DNA of 64,000 nucleotides from a virus, in IMG/VR virus record IMGVR_UViG_3300045136_000892. One strand, 5' to 3'. Positions 1 through 9,048 of the stretch are shown one piece after another. The notes under the pieces are model-generated. The model did no database searches, had not been told where the DNA came from, and saw only the letters and a program-made list of their open reading frames with translations. The translations under genes were made by a program, and so were the position numbers. Position 1 is the first letter of the stretch. The number at the start of each line of letters is the position of its first letter.

Positions 1-1149
1 ATGCCGAAGAAGCGGCCCGAGCCGTTCTGGCGAGAGCAGACGAAGTGCTTCTACGTCCAGATCGGCAAGAAGCAGCACCGCCTCGATCCCGACGAGGCGA
101 CCGCCTGGCGGCTCTATCATGAGCTGATGGCCAGGCCGCCGGAACAGCCCGCCATCATCCCCTCCTCGCTGGCCGCTGTCGAGGTGGTCGACCTCTTCCT
201 CGATTGGTGCCAGAAGAACCGCGACCGGCTCACCTACGAAGCCTACCGCCGCCGCCTCCAGAATCTCGCCGACGGCATCCCCCACACGCTCCCTTGCCAG
301 GACCTGAAGCCCTACCACCTGACCCGGATCATCGACTCCAAGGGGTGGAACTCGACCACGAAGAACGATTTCCTCGCCGCCGTCCAGCGGGCATTCAACT
401 GGGCACTGACGGAAGGCATCATCGCCCAGACCCCGCTGGCGAAGCTGAAGAAACCGGCCCGCGAGATCCGCGAGCTGGCCGTCACCCCGGCCGATTACGC
501 GGAGGTCATGGAGGCCGTCGAGGAGCCGAACTTCCGCGCCCTGCTCGATTTCGCGTGGGAAACCGGCGTCAGACCGCAGGAAGTGGTCAAGATCGAGGCC
601 CGGCACATCGCAGGAAACCGCATCGTGCTCCCGCCCAGGGAGGCCAAGGGGAAGAAGCGGCACCGGATCATCTACCTGACGGAAGCCGGCATGGCCTTGG
701 TGGCCCCCCTGGCAGAGCAGCGGCCGGCAGGCCCGTTGTTCCGCAATTCCGATGGGTCGCCGTGGAACAAGGACTCCATCAACTGCGCCATGCGCCGCCT
801 CCGGCTCCGGCTGGCCGAGCAGATGATGGATCGTGATGGCCACCCGCGACCGAAACGCGGCCGCATCCCGAGGGGGCTGACCAGCCAGGCCCGCGCCGAC
901 CGGCAGGACGCCCTGCAGCGATGGAAAGCGGAGCGAGCGCGGTACGTTCGCGAGAAGGTGCCGAAGTTCCACCTGGGGGCGTGGAGGAAGGGGTACACCA
1001 CGCAGGCGCTGAAGAACGGCGTCGAGCTGACGGCCCTCGCCTCGCTCCTTGGCCACCAGGATGGGCGGATGATCGCCACGACCTACGGCAAGGTCTATCA
1101 GGACCACCTTCACATGGAGGAGATGGCCAAGAAGGCGAGGAAGTCTTGA
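1..1149 (+). CDS. int: Tyrosine recombinase/integrase
   Basis: ETGVRPQE (catalytic R), AKGKK, AWRKGY, LLGH and TTYG motifs; short N-terminal arm-binding region. Confidence 0.92.
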   Translation: MPKKRPEPFWREQTKCFYVQIGKKQHRLDPDEATAWRLYHELMARPPEQPAIIPSSLAAVEVVDLFLDWCQKNRDRLTYEAYRRRLQNLADGIPHTLPCQDLKPYHLTRIIDSKGWNSTTKNDFLAAVQRAFNWALTEGIIAQTPLAKLKKPAREIRELAVTPADYAEVMEAVEEPNFRALLDFAWETGVRPQEVVKIEARHIAGNRIVLPPREAKGKKRHRIIYLTEAGMALVAPLAEQRPAGPLFRNSDGSPWNKDSINCAMRRLRLRLAEQMMDRDGHPRPKRGRIPRGLTSQARADRQDALQRWKAERARYVREKVPKFHLGAWRKGYTTQALKNGVELTALASLLGHQDGRMIATTYGKVYQDHLHMEEMAKKARKS

Positions 1150-1257
1150 TCCGCCAAACGGCCAGGTCCAGCACGACCCCGAGTACATGGCCTCGCTTTC
1201 GGAGCGGACGAAGCGGAAGCGGAAGGCCGCAGATGGCTGACCTTTGGCTGGGGCGGC

Positions 1258-1785
1258 TCAGAGGGCGGGCGCTGGGGCCTGGCGACCGGAGAAAGGCACC
1301 AGCTCGGCTCCCTTCGGCAGGTACAGCGGGTGCCGCGGATGGCCATCCCGCGTGAGGCCAAGAGCAAAAGGGCGGACGCCCAGAGCGTCGAGCCAGCCGA
1401 GGACGACGCCGTCCTGGCCAAGGTGTTCGCCGTGAACGCCCCAGGCGCACACCACCGGGCCATCGTGACCAGCCCGCAGCTTTCGGTCGAACCACGCCCG
1501 GTTCTCCGACCCGACGGGTTCCACCGCCCGTTTCAGATCGGCGGGGTCGGTCGCCCGGAAGGCGAACAGGTTGAGCACGGCCAGCCTTCCGCATCCCCAC
1601 TGCCGGGCGTACCCGATACAGCGCCTGATGGTCGGATCGTCCTTCGTGGCATCGGCCGTCGAGGGATTCAACATGATGAACGTGGCCGTGCGCAAGCCGG
1701 GGCCGACCTGGCGGGTCAGCAGGTAGCGGTACCGCCCGCAAGTGGAGATGACGGCGTTCTGTCCGACGGGAAGGTCGAGGAGCAT
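1258..1785 (-). CDS. DUF1643 family protein
   Basis: CGRYRYLLTR, FIMLNPSTAD, DDPTIRRC, NLFAFRAT and PRHPLY motifs; ATG overlaps the upstream stop. Confidence 0.85.
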   Translation of the reverse strand: MLLDLPVGQNAVISTCGRYRYLLTRQVGPGLRTATFIMLNPSTADATKDDPTIRRCIGYARQWGCGRLAVLNLFAFRATDPADLKRAVEPVGSENRAWFDRKLRAGHDGPVVCAWGVHGEHLGQDGVVLGWLDALGVRPFALGLTRDGHPRHPLYLPKGAELVPFSGRQAPAPAL

Positions 1786-3461
1786 CAGGCCGCCACCTTC
1801 TTCCGGTCCAGATACCGCTCGACAAGCTTCCGCAGATGGCTGGTGTCGTTCTCTTTGACCTCGACGCCGAGATACGGATCCACGATGTGCTGGGCCTCGG
1901 ACGCCTTGATCCCCAGGACGTCCATGATCGGCGGGTCGCTGCCGTCGTCCGTCACCAGGAAGAACGCGGTCACAGGATTCTGCTGGCCCTCCCGGTCCAG
2001 GCGCCAGATGCACTGCTGATGGATGCCGGGCGACCAGTCGAGCTCGCCGAAGATCCCGGTGCAACAACGGTGCTGGAGCCCGTCGACGCCGGCCCCGCTC
2101 CGGAGCGACATGATGAGGACGTCCGTCTCACCGTTCAGGAAGCGGGCCTTCGCCGCGTCCTTCTTCCCGGCGGTCTCGCTCCCCGTGTACATGGCGGGCT
2201 TCAGGTCGGCCAGCTCCCGGTTCCAGATGTCGTACACCTCGCGGTGCCAGCCCCAGAGGACCACGGCCTCGCCCGCCTCGACCATCATCCGGGCGAACGC
2301 GGCCACCGTCCTGGCCTTGGCCACGCCGGTCGTCTGCCGCATCATGATGTCCAGCTCGCGGGCGGCGCTCCCCCGCTCGACGAAGCTGGCCGTGGTCGCC
2401 TTGATGGCGAGGGCTCTGGCCAGATCCTCGACGGCCGAGACCGTCTTCTCGTCGTAGTCGATGTGCTCGACGATGCGGGAGACCTTCGGCAGTTGCTGGC
2501 CGACGTCCGACTTGAGCCGCCGGAGCATGACGTACTGCTCGCGGAGGTAGGTGCCGAGGGCCTTCGGGTCCTTGATCCGGTACTTGCCGTTGCCGATGGC
2601 GTCGCACCACTCCCGCTCGAACTCCGGCCACTGCCCGAGCGCGGTGTCGTCGATGAACTGCATGATGTGCCACATCTCGTCGCCGTAGTTGTAGATTGGC
2701 GTGGCGGTCAGGCCGAGATGGAAGGTGGTATGGGCCGAGAGCACCTTGCACGCAGAGCCCTTCGCGGTGCTCGCGCCCGTCCGGAGCGATTGTGGCTCGT
2801 CGTAGGTGACCGACTTGAAGTACCCCGTGGCGAAGATGTCCGACCATCCGGCCACCTGGCTGATCCGGTAGACGTAAACGTCTGCGGGCGGCAGCTCGTA
2901 GGGGCTGCCCTTCTTGATCAGATGGACCCGAAGGTGGGTGAACGCCTCGATCTTCTCCTTCCACTGGCGCTGCATGTGGGCGTCGCAGACCACGGCCGCA
3001 GGGAGCGCGGACGGCTCGGACACCATGAACCCTGCGGCGGTGTAGGTCTTGCCCAGGCCCCCCTCGTCGCCCAGAAGCAGGCGCCCGCGCCTCCGTAGCA
3101 CCTCGATGGCCTGCCACTGGTAGGGCCGGAGCTGCTGCCCCTCCCGCAGCTTGACGCTGCCGTCCGGGACGTAGTCCGGCATCAGGATCCGCTCCATCTC
3201 CGCCTGGCGTTGCAGGAACGACTCTCGGCCGCTCTCCAGGGACGCCCGGTCAGCCTCGGAGATGTCCAGCGGGTATCGCTGCATGAACCAGTCGAGGTCG
3301 GTGTCCGTCACGATGCTGTGCGGGAGATGGTAGGGCGGGATCGCTGCCTTCGGGATACTCGGAAAAAGCTGCTTGAGGCGGATCGAGACATGCGGCTCGG
3401 CGCGGCCGATGATCCACTGGGTCTTGTCGTGGGAGAGCGAGACGGCGCCGTAGGACCTCAT
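1785..3461 (-). CDS. SNF2-family helicase/ATPase
   Basis: LRPYQ, GDEGGLGKT, DEPQ, LTATPIYN, GAGVDGLQ and QCIWRLDR SF2 motifs. Confidence 0.88.
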   Translation of the reverse strand: MRSYGAVSLSHDKTQWIIGRAEPHVSIRLKQLFPSIPKAAIPPYHLPHSIVTDTDLDWFMQRYPLDISEADRASLESGRESFLQRQAEMERILMPDYVPDGSVKLREGQQLRPYQWQAIEVLRRRGRLLLGDEGGLGKTYTAAGFMVSEPSALPAAVVCDAHMQRQWKEKIEAFTHLRVHLIKKGSPYELPPADVYVYRISQVAGWSDIFATGYFKSVTYDEPQSLRTGASTAKGSACKVLSAHTTFHLGLTATPIYNYGDEMWHIMQFIDDTALGQWPEFEREWCDAIGNGKYRIKDPKALGTYLREQYVMLRRLKSDVGQQLPKVSRIVEHIDYDEKTVSAVEDLARALAIKATTASFVERGSAARELDIMMRQTTGVAKARTVAAFARMMVEAGEAVVLWGWHREVYDIWNRELADLKPAMYTGSETAGKKDAAKARFLNGETDVLIMSLRSGAGVDGLQHRCCTGIFGELDWSPGIHQQCIWRLDREGQQNPVTAFFLVTDDGSDPPIMDVLGIKASEAQHIVDPYLGVEVKENDTSHLRKLVERYLDRKKVAA

Positions 3462-3820
3462 AGCCACGCCTCGCCCAGCCTCACGAAATAGGCGTCCTTA
3501 CCCTCGATCTGGGCGGGAAGGCCCATGCTGAGGTTGGATGCCAGGATCAGGGAACCGACGCGGGGATGGTGGGCATAGCGGCAGAGTTGCCGGTAGACAT
3601 CCTTCTTGCGGGCGCCCTTGAGTTTCAGCTCGATCCCGACATCCCCGACCAGGAAGTCCACGATGTCCGATTCCGTCAGGGGGAACTCGCGATCAAACGC
3701 GATCCCGGCTTGCGTCATAACCTGCTCGACATCGGCCTGAGCCCGCTTCTCGCTGGACAGGTCGATCCTCGCGCTTCGGATGAGGCCGATGAGAGTCTCG
3801 ATACTCGAATTGCCGACCAT
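3458..3820 (-). CDS. PD-(D/E)XK nuclease-like protein
   Basis: E...IVDFLV..IELK and QLCRY motifs; coupled to the SNF2 gene. Confidence 0.6.
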   Translation of the reverse strand: MVGNSSIETLIGLIRSARIDLSSEKRAQADVEQVMTQAGIAFDREFPLTESDIVDFLVGDVGIELKLKGARKKDVYRQLCRYAHHPRVGSLILASNLSMGLPAQIEGKDAYFVRLGEAWL

Positions 3821-3822
3821 GG

Positions 3823-4188
3823 CTACCTCGCCCGCCCGTTTCCCTTCCCGAAAGACCGCTCGGCCAGCTTATCGACCTGGCTTACCTCCCGAAAGGGCGG
3901 CTGCAGCTCGCAGATCGGCACCTCGACGTAGCCCGAGCGGACCATCTGGCCGGTCGGCTTCACCACGCCGGCGGCGACAAGGGCGTCGAGCATGCCCTCG
4001 TTTTCGGAGTAGCTCTTGATGGCCACCTGATTCCTGCCCAGGGGAACGTCGGGAAGGTTCACCGTGGCCGCGGCAATGGGCGAGCCGTCTTCGGCGTCGA
4101 TCAGCTGCAGGGCCGGGCGGCCATTGTCGTACTGACGCTTGCAGACGATGCAATCCCAGGATTTGAAGCGGACGCGGACGGGGGTCAT
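3823..4188 (-). CDS. DUF4313-like protein with a basic C-terminal tail
   Basis: YDNGRPALQL, ATVNL and SGYVEVP pattern. Confidence 0.55.
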   Translation of the reverse strand: MTPVRVRFKSWDCIVCKRQYDNGRPALQLIDAEDGSPIAAATVNLPDVPLGRNQVAIKSYSENEGMLDALVAAGVVKPTGQMVRSGYVEVPICELQPPFREVSQVDKLAERSFGKGNGRAR

Positions 4189-4499
4189 AGGGCCTCGCGC
4201 TCGGAGACGGCGGGAGTACGCTCATCCTTGAAGGGATATGTCTTGAACTTCTGCGGGGGCCTGCCGAACATCTTCTCGAAGCTGCTGCTTTGGGCGATGA
4301 TGCAATATTCACGGCCATCCCCTCCCCTGACGATCTTGAAGCGGCCGTCGCCGTCTCGGCCCTTCAATACGACTTCGCCACCCTCCAGCTTCACAATTCG
4401 GGGCAGCATGAAGGGATAGTCCGCGTTCATGTGCATCCCGTCCGGCAGAGCGTGCGATGCCTCGGCGAATGTCTTCACGTACTTTCCGCAGACACTCAT
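4185..4499 (-). CDS. Hypothetical protein
   Basis: ATGA overlaps with both neighbours. Confidence 0.6.
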   Translation of the reverse strand: MSVCGKYVKTFAEASHALPDGMHMNADYPFMLPRIVKLEGGEVVLKGRDGDGRFKIVRGGDGREYCIIAQSSSFEKMFGRPPQKFKTYPFKDERTPAVSEREAL

Positions 4500-5197
4500 A
4501 CTCTCTCCTCCCACGCCGAGACACAGACCGGCACGATAGGCCGGATCAACTCGCGCATAGCGTCGGCATAGACACGGATCTCATACTGGGCATGGCCGTC
4601 GCAGCGGAGGGTCAGGAACTTGAGCAGGTTGAGCAGGTTCACCGTGGCGAACATGTGGCTGTAGGTTGCCACCGGCAGGACGGAGCGGGCAAGTTCGCGG
4701 GGCCAGCCTCCTTCAATGAGGCGGCGATACTGGGCGAAAGCCCCTTCCATCACTTCGCGCGCGTGCTCGACCTCTGCGCGGCGTTGCTCAAGCATGGCCG
4801 CGTCGGTATCCCCGATGTCCCTGGCCTGCTTGCTACTCGCCGACTGCTGGCCGATGAGAGCGGGGTCGGGGACGTAGAACTCCTCCGGCAGCTCCCGATA
4901 CCGGGCGGAAAGCTCGTTGTAGCTCCATGTCCGGTGGCGGTGCCACTGGCGGAAGACGAAGATCGGGGCTTTGATCTCGAAGGTGAAGCTAACCGCCTCA
5001 AACGGCGTCGTGTGGCGGTTCTTCCAGAGGTAGCGAATCAGCCGAGCGTCGCTGCCCTGATCCTCACCGGCACGCCAGGCAGCGTCATACGAGACACGGG
5101 CCGCACGGACCACCGACAAATCGGACCCCATCGAGTCAACCAGACGGACGAAGCCATGATCGAGAACGTCGATCCGCGCGTTCTCAGGCGGCTGCAT
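4496..5197 (-). CDS. thyX: FAD-dependent thymidylate synthase
   Basis: RHRTWSYNELSARY signature, HTTPFE, ELARSVLP, HAQYEIR. Confidence 0.95.
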   Translation of the reverse strand: MQPPENARIDVLDHGFVRLVDSMGSDLSVVRAARVSYDAAWRAGEDQGSDARLIRYLWKNRHTTPFEAVSFTFEIKAPIFVFRQWHRHRTWSYNELSARYRELPEEFYVPDPALIGQQSASSKQARDIGDTDAAMLEQRRAEVEHAREVMEGAFAQYRRLIEGGWPRELARSVLPVATYSHMFATVNLLNLLKFLTLRCDGHAQYEIRVYADAMRELIRPIVPVCVSAWEERV

Positions 5198-5420
5198 TCG
5201 ACGGGGCTTTCGCTGCGGTTTCTGCCTCCAGGCGCTGAATCTCGCGGTCGATGTACCAGCGGGCCTTCTTCAGGTCTTCCAAACCGTTCTTGTGGTCGGA
5301 GCGCCAGAGGTATTTCATGGCGTTTCCGACGTTGAAGTTCATGTGCTCCGTGACGGTGATGCACTCGACGCCCGAAGGGTGCGAATTGTAGTGCTTGGGA
5401 TGGTTGACGTTGTCTGACAC
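5184..5420 (-). CDS. DUF3310 (SaV-like) phage protein
   Basis: VNHPKHY...GNAMKYLWR...EDLKKARWY. Confidence 0.88.
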   Translation of the reverse strand: MSDNVNHPKHYNSHPSGVECITVTEHMNFNVGNAMKYLWRSDHKNGLEDLKKARWYIDREIQRLEAETAAKAPSNAAA

Positions 5421-5459
5421 TTCACCTCTCTTTCCGCCCGAGTCCCGGGCGATTGGTTG

Positions 5460-5639
5460 TTAATTCGCAGTAAGGTGCTGGCGATGGAGCTCGCGGATTC
5501 TGGCTTCCTCGGGACGGCCGATGCCTCGCGATCCGGCGAGCCAGTGCCCTACGGCACGTTCAGTCACGCCGACGAACTCGGCCACAACCTTTTTGCCCCC
5601 TACCGCGTCGCAGATTTCCCGGAATTCTTCCTTGGTCAT
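5460..5639 (-). CDS. Small Cro/XRE-like HTH protein
   Basis: VAEFVGVTERAVGHWLAG HTH; ATGA overlap with the DUF475 stop. Confidence 0.7.
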   Translation of the reverse strand: MTKEEFREICDAVGGKKVVAEFVGVTERAVGHWLAGSRGIGRPEEARIRELHRQHLTAN

Positions 5640-6538
5640 GCCAGCCTCCGGTTGTGCGAGACCGATGAGGCCAGCGACGCCAGGATGCAGCCCGCCCCGA
5701 CCAGCCCCGTGACCGCCTCGGGGACGTGCCAGCTCGTGCTGCCGAGCATCAGGACCGCCAGAGCTCCGATCCCCCAGTGCGCACCGTGTTCGAGATAGAC
5801 GAACTGGGCCAGCGTGCCGTTGCGGACCAGCCGGACGGTCATCGACCGGATCACGAGGGCCCCGATGCCGAGGCCAATCATGATGGCCACGATGTCGTTC
5901 GTGATGGCGAAAGCCCCGATCACCCCGTCCAGCGAAAAGCTGGCGTCGAGGATCTCGAGGTAGAGGAACCCGACCAGCCCCTGCCGGCCCGCGACGCAGG
6001 CGGCCGCTTCCTCGCCATCGCCGCAGAGCCCCATCGCGCCCTTGATGGCGATGTAGCAAAGCAGCCCCAGCAGTCCGGCGACGACCGACGCCCCGGGGAC
6101 GGCCAGGAGAACGGCGATAGCCAGGCCGATCTCCACGGCCTCCATGCGGCCGATCTGCACGAGCCGCCGCTCGACCCAGCCCAGCCAGTGGACGTCCTTG
6201 GCCTCGTCGCAGACGAACTGCAGGAAGACCATCAGCAGGAACATCCCGCCGAAGGACGCGATCGCGGTATGGGCCTCGGAGAGACGCCGGCCGTACTCCA
6301 CCGCGTCCGAGACGGCCAGGATTGCGACGTCGTCGATGCTTCCGCCCCCGGCGAGGGAGACGATCAGCACTGGGAGCACCAGGCGCATCCCGAAGACGGC
6401 GATGAGGATGCCCCAGGTGAGAAAGCGGCGCTGCCAGATCTGGGGCATGTTCTTCAGCACCGAGGCGTTAACGACGGCGTTGTCGAAGGACAGGGAGACT
6501 TCGAGGACAGCAAGGAGGAGGACGGTGAACAGGATCAT
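5636..6538 (-). CDS. DUF475 family (TerC-like) integral membrane protein
   Basis: LEVSLSFDNAVVNA, LEILDASFSLDGVIGAFA and YLEHGAHW motifs. Confidence 0.9.
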   Translation of the reverse strand: MILFTVLLLAVLEVSLSFDNAVVNASVLKNMPQIWQRRFLTWGILIAVFGMRLVLPVLIVSLAGGGSIDDVAILAVSDAVEYGRRLSEAHTAIASFGGMFLLMVFLQFVCDEAKDVHWLGWVERRLVQIGRMEAVEIGLAIAVLLAVPGASVVAGLLGLLCYIAIKGAMGLCGDGEEAAACVAGRQGLVGFLYLEILDASFSLDGVIGAFAITNDIVAIMIGLGIGALVIRSMTVRLVRNGTLAQFVYLEHGAHWGIGALAVLMLGSTSWHVPEAVTGLVGAGCILASLASSVSHNRRLA

Positions 6539-6615
6539 TTCGAGAACCAGCGGGAAATTTTCACAGTGACGTAGACGATGACACCGACGGCGAGGAACAG
6601 AAGCAGATTGATCAC
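6535..6615 (-). CDS. 26-aa single-TM micropeptide (MINLLLFLAVGVIVYVTVKISRWFSK), absent from the ORF track
   Basis: GTG overlaps the upstream TGA and its TGA overlaps the DUF475 ATG; hydrophobic core. Confidence 0.6.
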   Translation of the reverse strand: MINLLLFLAVGVIVYVTVKISRWFSK

Positions 6616-6839
6616 CGCTTGCACTCCCCGCCGACCTGGGCCAATGGGAGGCAGAACATCCCGCCTTCCTTGCCGTCGGCGTCGAGAAAGCACACGACCT
6701 CATAGCCATCCGGCTTGCAGATAGAGTAGATCCCGGTGATCGTGACCATCCGCTTGAAGCCGCCGTCGCCCATGACCGTCAGGATGCCGACCACTAAGGC
6801 CACACCGATCAGACCGGCGGCGAACATCAGCCGACTCAT
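6612..6839 (-). CDS. Small membrane-anchored Cys-rich protein
   Basis: N-terminal TM, four Cys; ATGA overlap. Confidence 0.65.
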   Translation of the reverse strand: MSRLMFAAGLIGVALVVGILTVMGDGGFKRMVTITGIYSICKPDGYEVVCFLDADGKEGGMFCLPLAQVGGECKR

Positions 6840-7039
6840 TTGGTCCATTCCTCGATCCTCGCCGTCAGCCAAGGCGCTCGGCGCGAGACCCATCCCTTGA
6901 GCGCTTCGTCGTCCGTGAGGATGAGCAACACGCCGAACACGACGATCGTGGAGCGAGATGCGAAGAACGCGCTCAGGATTATCAGGAGGCCAATCCAAGC
7001 CGATACTTGCGAAAGCTGAGCGAGAAGGTACTTTTTCAT
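6836..7039 (-). CDS. Small two-TM membrane protein
   Basis: Two hydrophobic segments; GGAG RBS. Confidence 0.65.
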   Translation of the reverse strand: MKKYLLAQLSQVSAWIGLLIILSAFFASRSTIVVFGVLLILTDDEALKGWVSRRAPWLTARIEEWTK

Positions 7040-7089
7040 TGCCGTCTCCCAAAATGAGTGGGCGGGGTCGAAGCCCCGCCCGGTTAGAG

Positions 7090-7668
7090 TTATGCTGCGA
7101 CCTGCAGGCCGAAGCGAGTAGCGAGAGAACCCAGTTCGCCGGCTTCCGCTTCACCGACTGCCACGAAGTTCCAGTCGGATCCGTCGCGCACCAGCTTGCC
7201 GAGCACGAACGTCGCGCCGGTGTAGTCGCCGGTGATCTTGTAGTTGGCGATCTCCTGCTGGTTCTCGGCGTTGACGATGCGGATGTGGGCGTTGTCGAGG
7301 TCTTTCAGGCTCTGCCCTTTCTGCGCAGCCTGATAGATCGAGGCCACGAAGAGGATTTCCTTGATGCCTTCGGGCACGGTCGTGAGGTTGACGTCGATCA
7401 CTTCGTCGTCGCCCTCTCCCTCGCCAGTCAGGTTGTCGCCGCGGCTGGCGACCGAGCCGCAGGCCGAGACTTTAGAGCCGAAATACACGAAGCCGCCCTT
7501 GCCCGGCAGCTTGCCGTTGGCATCGAGCAGGAATGCCGCGAGGTCGAGGTCCATGGTCTTGCCCTGCTTGGGGTCCCAACCGGCACCAGCGAAAACCTTC
7601 GTCAGGCCGGGAGCCTTCTTGGTCAGGGAGACGGTATCGCCTTTGGTCATTGAAACAATATCGTTCAT
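7090..7668 (-). CDS. terD: TerD family stress protein
   Basis: GAGWD, DLDLAAFLL, GDNLTGEGEGDDE and WNFVAVG motifs. Confidence 0.93.
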   Translation of the reverse strand: MNDIVSMTKGDTVSLTKKAPGLTKVFAGAGWDPKQGKTMDLDLAAFLLDANGKLPGKGGFVYFGSKVSACGSVASRGDNLTGEGEGDDEVIDVNLTTVPEGIKEILFVASIYQAAQKGQSLKDLDNAHIRIVNAENQQEIANYKITGDYTGATFVLGKLVRDGSDWNFVAVGEAEAGELGSLATRFGLQVAA

Positions 7669-7693
7669 AATGTAATATCCTTAATGTTAGATG

Positions 7694-7722
7694 AAAAAGC
7701 ACCGGCGTCACCCGGTGCTTTT
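7694..7722. terminator. Bidirectional intrinsic terminator-like hairpin
   Basis: AAAAAGCACCGG-CGTCAC-CCGGTGCTTTT. Confidence 0.7.
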
Positions 7723-7772
7723 ACGTTTAGAACAATGTTCGCGATAGTCAAGCGGTATTTGATGCATCCAGT

Positions 7773-8000
7773 TCACCGGTGCAGATGCTTCAGTTTCGCC
7801 CGCCGGACCGGTGCCGGGGGCGGACCTTGCACGATCACCGGCTCCGACGCCCTCAGATACTCCGCCAGGTGCTCCTCGGAGATGCGTATGCAGCCCCGGC
7901 CGAGACCGACGCGATGGCAGCGCAGCTTGCCGGAGGCTACCAGCGCATAGACCGTAGCCTGACTGACGTCGAGCCGCTGTGCTGCCTCCCGCACCCGCAT
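7773..8000 (-). CDS. xis: Excisionase-like HTH_17 DNA-binding protein
   Basis: VREAAQRLDVSQATVYALV..GKL...RI; encoded opposite the integrase. Confidence 0.8.
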   Translation of the reverse strand: MRVREAAQRLDVSQATVYALVASGKLRCHRVGLGRGCIRISEEHLAEYLRASEPVIVQGPPPAPVRRAKLKHLHR

Positions 8001-8019
8001 GTCCGGTCTCCTTGTCCTT

Positions 8020-8670
8020 TCAGCGTTCCCGTTCGTGTGCTTTCGCGTCCACCGGCTGCTCGACGCCCAGCCCCTTGCCGTCCAGGATGTCCTGGAGCCG
8101 CCCCTGGGGCGTCTGCCACTGCCGCTCGATCTCGGGCAGCACTCGGTCCAGCTCCTCAGCCGGGACCGGCTCCGGCAGCGGCTCAAGGTGCCGCACGTCG
8201 GCCGCACCTTCGGCCACCCGCTGCCCGTAGCTCGCTGCATCTGCATCGCCGTAATCGCGGACCCGCGCGGCGTGCTCGTCCGCGCGGATCTCGGCGGCCA
8301 GGGCCTTCGCCTCTTCCGGAGACGGGTATTCCTCCAACTCGGGGCCCAGGTCGTCCCAGGCCGTGCGGAACGTCACGAACCGGTAGGGGTTTTCGCCACG
8401 CTGCGCGATCTCCGTCAGCTTGTCGCCCTTCCCCATCGCCGCGTCCAATTCCTGCGGCGTGACCAATTCCTCCCGGATCGCGTATTGGAGCGCGCCGAGG
8501 TGGCTGGATGTCTTGATGCCGAAGTCAATGACGGTAGCCCTGCCAGGCCAGACGTCGAGCTGGCAGCACTCGATGAGTTGCTGGGTGAGCGGCCTGATGG
8601 ACCCCAGTTGGTCGCCATGTCCTCCCAGCGACTCGCGGCCCTCGTCGCGGAAATCTTCTTGGTCCGGCAT
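8020..8670 (-). CDS. Hypothetical protein ending LQDILD...HERER
   Basis: GAGG RBS; lies in the T4CP operon. Confidence 0.65.
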   Translation of the reverse strand: MPDQEDFRDEGRESLGGHGDQLGSIRPLTQQLIECCQLDVWPGRATVIDFGIKTSSHLGALQYAIREELVTPQELDAAMGKGDKLTEIAQRGENPYRFVTFRTAWDDLGPELEEYPSPEEAKALAAEIRADEHAARVRDYGDADAASYGQRVAEGAADVRHLEPLPEPVPAEELDRVLPEIERQWQTPQGRLQDILDGKGLGVEQPVDAKAHERER

Positions 8671-8672
8671 TG

Positions 8673-8858
8673 CTATACCTCCTCGCCCGCGCCCGGACGC
8701 TTCTCGAGTTCCTCCCGCGCAACTCGGTAGAACTCCCGCACCGCCTCGATCCGCTCCTCCTCGCGCAGCACGGCCTGGATGACCCACACGCACTTTCGCG
8801 CGATGCGGATGCAGAGGTCGTGGACAGCGGGGTCAGTTGACTGATGGCCTCGCAGCAT
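8673..8858 (-). CDS. Hypothetical protein
   Basis: Packed operon ORF. Confidence 0.55.
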   Translation of the reverse strand: MLRGHQSTDPAVHDLCIRIARKCVWVIQAVLREEERIEAVREFYRVAREELEKRPGAGEEV

Positions 8859-9048
8859 GGACAGGCTCCGATAGTCGCCGCCTCGCCTCCTTCACGGCTT
8901 CGAGGCACGCGCAGGTGATGAAGGAAACCAATTCGGGGGTCGTGGCGCCGGGGCTCGTCTGGATCATCTCGACGATGAGCAGGCCGGCGGCCAGGGCACA
9001 GTCGTACTCGATCGCTTCGGGGTCGTCGGGCATGGGCCACTCATTCAC
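8833..9048 (-). CDS. Hypothetical protein
   Basis: GTGA overlap with the upstream stop. Confidence 0.55.
   Translation of the reverse strand: MNEWPMPDDPEAIEYDCALAAGLLIVEMIQTSPGATTPELVSFITCACLEAVKEARRRLSEPVHAARPSVN

Noticed and set aside
7730-7740. GAACAATGTTC as an SOS box
   Set aside because: The 3-nt spacer does not match the GAAC-N4-GTTC or GTTC-N7-GTTC LexA boxes; single copy
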